A stretch of DNA of 28,851 bases, taken from positions 1 to 28,851 of the forward strand of contig CAYSMV010000471.1 of the NCBI GenBank assembly GCA_964432245.1, given 5' to 3'. Numbering within the stretch: position 1 is the first letter of the stretch; every line of letters starts with the position of its first letter. The DNA comes from an uncultured Desulfobacterales bacterium (GTDB lineage Bacteria; Desulfobacterota; Desulfobacteria; Desulfobacterales; Desulfosudaceae). The notes below the pieces were generated by a model that made no database searches, was not told the origin of the DNA, and was given only the letters and a program-made list of their open reading frames with translations. Positions 24,601-28,851 of the stretch are shown here, piece after piece. The translations under genes were made by a program, and so were the position numbers.

Positions 24601-26247
24601 TCACCTTTTTTTGACCACCCCGATCACATTGGGAATGGGCCACAGGGTCATGTTGCCATCATCCTCGAAAAAGCCGGTCTCATAACTGCCCGCCCAGTAT
24701 CGTTCCTTATCGCCTGATTTGACATAAAGGGATGCTTCCGGCCCGCCTTCAACGTACATGGCATTCCTGATATTAAGCGGAAGTGTTAAAAGAATATGGT
24801 TAAAATCATGCACCGAAAAAGGAGTCCGGCTGTGAATAAACAGCAGGCAGCCTTTTTTGTCCATGGCCACGGCAGCGATGCTGTATATTTTATCAGACTG
24901 CAGCCAGGTATTTTTTCCGTTAAGGCTGATCATCCTGAAATTCTGAATAACGGTATGATACTTATTAATAAGATCCTGCCAGTCCTTCTGATGATAGCGG
25001 TCGATGATCTGCACCGCCGGAACTGATTTGTTGGACGGGTTGAAGGCCAGAAAAGCGCCGAACCTGGAGTTGATCAGGCCGTTGTTGACGTGGCTGAAGT
25101 TTTTCATATAGCCCGTGCTGGTCTTGTGGTCCGTATCATACATACTGGCGTTGATAACTGCGACCAGGCCAAAAGAATCAGCCCAAGCTTTTGCGGTTTT
25201 GTTTTTGCCGCCGCGCTCCGAAGCCGAAAGCAGTTTGAGATCGTAAACGGCAGGATCAATCTTCAGAACCCTTATGGGGTAATTACAGATCTTTGACTTT
25301 TGCGGAGACTCAAACTCTCCCAGGAAAAGACCGTCAGCTATTTTCTCCCAGGCCGGCGCCTGAAGGGTAGCCCCATTTGAGAGTTGGTATCTGCCCTGGC
25401 TGTCGACGCGCATGTCCGGAAGTTGCCGGCTGGATTCAAAATAATCATACCCCGGCTTTAAATTTCCCCAGAGGGCGATCAACCCCGGCTGATCCGAATA
25501 ATCCCGCTTCAGTTGAGCCATGCCCTCATCGTTCAATCTTGTCGGAAAAATGTGGACCGGTATCTGTGTCTGGCCGTTTTCCCGGGACTCCACCGCCGCC
25601 AGGTACAACTCCTTGATTTTGTCGTCGGTAATAGGCAGACAGCCGATGGTCGCACAGGCGCCATGGATAAAGATATCACCGCCCAGCCTGCCCTGAACAC
25701 CGAGAATCCGGTCCGAACGATTGGGATAATCGATACGAAGGGATAGATGGTAGCTGCTGGTCGGATTAAACCCGCTGATATAATAAAAACCCTCGGGAAT
25801 CTGCCCGTCTCCTTCCTGCCGCTTCGGCCCCAGCGTCCCGGAAGCCGGCCCGGTGTTGCCGGGATAAGTACAAATATTATAGGCGGTAACCAGATCAAAT
25901 CGCGCGCCCGCGCCTGAACGCGCCCAGAGTTCCAGCCGGTTCTCTTTTTTAAACACCCGGATAAAAATACCGGCCGGCGGCCAGGCAAGCTTCTTGTCAG
26001 CAAAAAGGGCTTCAACCGCCGCCGCCTTTTCTTGAAAAGCCGTCCGCACCCGGCTGTACCTCAGCTGATCTGCCTTGAACTGCGCCTGCGCAGAATCAGG
26101 GATTAAAGATAAAACAAATATCAGCAGAAGCGCCTCCGCCAGCCGTTTTCCGGCCTGAACCCGGCTCCTTTCAGCCGCGGTTTTCCACCACTGCCTGGCA
26201 GAATTGTTGTCACGGATTTTGTAAAATGAGGCGCCAGCCTGATTCAT
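24601..26247 (-). CDS. YkuD-fold DpaA/YafK(LdtF)-like enzyme fused to phosphodiester glycosidase (NAGPA-like) domain
   Basis: GPKRQEGDGQIPEGFY, SYHLSLRIDYPN, IFIHGACATIGC (His/Cys); C-terminal VINASMY...AMYVEGGPEASL; ATG 26247 overlaps upstream stop (ATGA). Confidence 0.85.
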   Translation of the reverse strand: MNQAGASFYKIRDNNSARQWWKTAAERSRVQAGKRLAEALLLIFVLSLIPDSAQAQFKADQLRYSRVRTAFQEKAAAVEALFADKKLAWPPAGIFIRVFKKENRLELWARSGAGARFDLVTAYNICTYPGNTGPASGTLGPKRQEGDGQIPEGFYYISGFNPTSSYHLSLRIDYPNRSDRILGVQGRLGGDIFIHGACATIGCLPITDDKIKELYLAAVESRENGQTQIPVHIFPTRLNDEGMAQLKRDYSDQPGLIALWGNLKPGYDYFESSRQLPDMRVDSQGRYQLSNGATLQAPAWEKIADGLFLGEFESPQKSKICNYPIRVLKIDPAVYDLKLLSASERGGKNKTAKAWADSFGLVAVINASMYDTDHKTSTGYMKNFSHVNNGLINSRFGAFLAFNPSNKSVPAVQIIDRYHQKDWQDLINKYHTVIQNFRMISLNGKNTWLQSDKIYSIAAVAMDKKGCLLFIHSRTPFSVHDFNHILLTLPLNIRNAMYVEGGPEASLYVKSGDKERYWAGSYETGFFEDDGNMTLWPIPNVIGVVKKR

Positions 26248-27110
26248 CGTGCCGCTTTCACCTTCATCAGAAGCTGCATTTTGAAACAGACTACAATAAT
26301 GAAAAACGCAAGAACCCAGAAACCCGTATGTTCCGCCAATAATTGATAGATTGTCCCAGGAACGGTGATCCACCCGCTGTTACCAAAGGGCATCAAGCCA
26401 TATAGCATCAGGGCCTGAACCGTAAAAAGCACGACTTTAAAAAACAGGCAGATAACAAATAAATACCACACCGCCCTGAATATGCGAGGGGATGAACGCC
26501 TGCGGTCTTTCCCCTGTGGCAATCGAAGCAACAGATCCAGCACCATCACAAACGATAAAAGAGCAAGTACCGCCACGCAACCCCAGTTGATAATATAAGG
26601 TATCTGTCCGGCTTCAGCCGGGTCTGAAACACCGAAAGCGTCCTTCATGATCTGCACGATCTCCTGACTCGATGGCGACAACATTGTCACGCCCGGAACA
26701 ATTTCTTTAACATCTTTACCCTTTAATATGACGCCATCGGGTACAACCATGCCCGGCTTGTCAGGAAACAATAGATTGATGTAGCCTTCGCCGACCACTA
26801 AACCGTCTTTTTTAATTTCAGCCGACAGGCCTTTGGTCAGATAGTCTCTTTTTTCCGGATCGATATTGTCAATTTTCACCTGAATCAGCACGACTCCCGG
26901 AGACGGGCTATGCGGCGGGGCCGCCACCTGCCCTACTACTATTCCATCTCCCATCACCCGATCACCGACAGTAATCCCCCGGGCATCTTTGAATTGAAAA
27001 CTGATCGTCAAGGCATTTTGACATTTCTCGCCGGCACAGCCAGCTACCACACAAGCAATCATCGCAATTGCCAGCAGCGGTAAACAGCTTGTTCTGACTG
27101 AAATCTTCAC
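26244..27110 (-). CDS. MCE/MlaD-domain lipoprotein with three C-terminal TM helices
   Basis: Lipobox VVAGC; FKDARGITVGDRVMGDGIVVGQV MCE motif, GLVVGEGYINL; hydrophobic C-terminus; GGGAGG RBS. Confidence 0.78.
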   Translation of the reverse strand: MKISVRTSCLPLLAIAMIACVVAGCAGEKCQNALTISFQFKDARGITVGDRVMGDGIVVGQVAAPPHSPSPGVVLIQVKIDNIDPEKRDYLTKGLSAEIKKDGLVVGEGYINLLFPDKPGMVVPDGVILKGKDVKEIVPGVTMLSPSSQEIVQIMKDAFGVSDPAEAGQIPYIINWGCVAVLALLSFVMVLDLLLRLPQGKDRRRSSPRIFRAVWYLFVICLFFKVVLFTVQALMLYGLMPFGNSGWITVPGTIYQLLAEHTGFWVLAFFIIVVCFKMQLLMKVKAAR

Positions 27111-27330
27111 TATCCCCCTCCCGAATTTTGTAAAATCCTTATAAATCTGTTTAAAGACGTTACTGCTTAATAATGTAACTTCAGATTTTGAAAATGTCGC
27201 TGGCTGCTCAGGCAGCTTCTTTTTCCGGGCCGAACAGGTCGGTGGACACCATCATTTAGACAGTCGATTCCCCGAGTTAATTAAAGTTTAACAAGCCGAA
27301 CTTGACGTAATATTTGAATAAAATGGGCGG

Positions 27331-28851
27331 TCAGCTGATTACCTTATATGCGCCGTTTTCAAAAAAAACAGTAACGGCTTCAGCCTTCTCAAATTTTTCC
27401 TGGTTGGCAAGAGCAATCTGTTTCATGTGGCCCTCGAAGGTCGCTTTCAGGTTGCGAACACCGAATTTATCAAAGTTTGCTTGGTCGAGAATATTCTTAA
27501 TTGCAGTATCGTCCAGTTTGAAACTGCACGAAAATTCGGGAAGCGCATTAAACTGTTCCAGCATGCTGCTGATAATCTCCCGTGCGACATCTTCGCCGAT
27601 CTTGCTGAACGCACTTATTAGCCTTATTCTTCCCACAAACTCTCTTCTAAAATTTCCCTTGTCTTTGTCACAAAGTTGTTGCAGTCGTTCTCCATCCGAT
27701 GAATCCGCAGACAAATCCTGTCCCAGATTGCTGGTCAGAATAAATATGAAAGGCCGGCAGTTTATTTTTCTCCCCCTGTTATCGGTTGTTGACCCCTTGT
27801 CAAACACTTCCAGGAAGGCGTCCTGTATCTGGCGTTCCCGGTTGTTACCGCTCTGGGTGACTTTTTCGAACTCATCCAGTATGACTATGCCAGAATCATA
27901 TGAACTGATGAAATTAAGAATGGGCGAACTATCTTCATAGCCTACATAGCCAGGCGCGGCACCTGTTATTACGCTTTTGTCGGTAGCGGCGCCCATATTG
28001 AAAAGCAAAGCCCTGCCGTCATCGCCCCACAGTTCACGAGTGAGAGTGATAGCAAGTTCGGTTTTGCCCACTCCCGTGGGCCCCATGAACAGCATAACAA
28101 GAGGCCTTTCAATTTTTGTCAGGAGAAAAAAATGGGATCGGATGGTTTCCAGAATCTCTTTCAACTGCAAGTCCTGACCCCTGATCACGCGCGAAACATT
28201 AGCCGCAATCTCCTGAAAAGATTCTTCCCCTGAAAGACGGAGAGATATTTCACCAACTTTAAAACGTTCCTTTATCAATGTTTTGGTTATGGTCGAATCA
28301 GCACTCTGATTTAATCGCGAAATAACATCTGAAAGAATCCGCTCCCCGCTCCGGGGAAGCGCCTGCAATGGATTAAGCTTTTTAGCTGTCCAGTAAAGAT
28401 AATCCAACGTAAGGTCATCAATGATTAGTTTTTTGGTTTTGTTGTTATCAATAATTTTTCTGAATATATTGACAATTACTTCCTGGGGCAACTCATCTAA
28501 ATTAACCCTTCCAAAGCGTTGAACAAACGCTTCATCATCTCCTACGACATCCCTCCGGAACTCATAGTCAGTGGTCGCGCCGATTGCTGGAAACTCGCCG
28601 TTTGCCAGAGCCGGCTTTAAAGCATTCCGAATCGTTTCATTGGCCATGAACTGATGAAACTCGTCGAAAAAAACGATAACTTCAGCCCTGTGCGCCTTTA
28701 CCTCTGATATAAGGTTACTTACACGTGCCTCCAGGGAGCCTGCGACACCGGTATCACGGATCAGCTTGGTATATTCTATTTCAAATATTTTTACCTTGCG
28801 CAGTTTCTCAGGTATTGCCGAATTTGCTTTGTCTGCCATCCACGCAGCCAG
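27331..28851 (-). CDS. Clp/Hsp100-type two-domain AAA+ ATPase (5'-truncated by window edge)
   Basis: Frame open to 28851 (LAAWMADK...); NBD1 Walker B VFFDEFHQF, LKPALANG, IGATT; NBD2 GPTGVGKT, GAAPGYVGY, ILDEFEK, ILTSNLG, REFVGRI, FGVRNL. Confidence 0.9.
   Translation of the reverse strand: MAAWMADKANSAIPEKLRKVKIFEIEYTKLIRDTGVAGSLEARVSNLISEVKAHRAEVIVFFDEFHQFMANETIRNALKPALANGEFPAIGATTDYEFRRDVVGDDEAFVQRFGRVNLDELPQEVIVNIFRKIIDNNKTKKLIIDDLTLDYLYWTAKKLNPLQALPRSGERILSDVISRLNQSADSTITKTLIKERFKVGEISLRLSGEESFQEIAANVSRVIRGQDLQLKEILETIRSHFFLLTKIERPLVMLFMGPTGVGKTELAITLTRELWGDDGRALLFNMGAATDKSVITGAAPGYVGYEDSSPILNFISSYDSGIVILDEFEKVTQSGNNRERQIQDAFLEVFDKGSTTDNRGRKINCRPFIFILTSNLGQDLSADSSDGERLQQLCDKDKGNFRREFVGRIRLISAFSKIGEDVAREIISSMLEQFNALPEFSCSFKLDDTAIKNILDQANFDKFGVRNLKATFEGHMKQIALANQEKFEKAEAVTVFFENGAYKVIS

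Noticed and set aside
1-28851. CRISPR array, tRNA, rRNA, tmRNA
   Set aside because: No regularly spaced repeats or diagnostic RNA motifs seen

Overview
The window opens with a housekeeping block: a partial alaC-like aminotransferase, purM and tsaD. The rest (~26 kb) is an accessory, defence-island-like mosaic; a Desulfobacterota-type host is my inference from protein style and repeat family. In order the island contains: (i) an XRE repressor plus ImmA/IrrE metallopeptidase upstream of a Ycf46-like AAA ATPase / small protein / DUF1257-like / DUF2997-like operon, with three copies of a 17-bp palindromic operator GTTCGAT-N3-ATCGAAC; (ii) a MITE-truncated vapBC, an orphan HEXXH protein and a DUF433/DUF5615 TA pair; (iii) a decaying minus-strand cluster (Cys-rich protein with in-frame TAG, small protein, internally deleted ADP-ribosylglycohydrolase, PcfJ-domain protein), then HIT, DUF4184-like and hypothetical genes; (iv) a ~0.7-kb hairpin-dense stretch without a credible ORF, bracketed by 35-bp direct repeats (candidate large ncRNA); (v) a 1699-aa HEAT-zincin-vWA protein with a MoxR AAA+ ATPase; (vi) a 348-bp internally deleted IS3 abutting an RtcB-like fragment; (vii) a minus-strand envelope cluster (MepA-like peptidase, membrane protein, YkuD-phosphodiester glycosidase fusion, MCE lipoprotein) preceded by an atypical Clp/Hsp100 ATPase that runs off the window. 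No tRNA, rRNA, CRISPR array or integrase was seen. All family calls come from motif recognition by eye, with no database searches, and hairpins were found by manual inspection.
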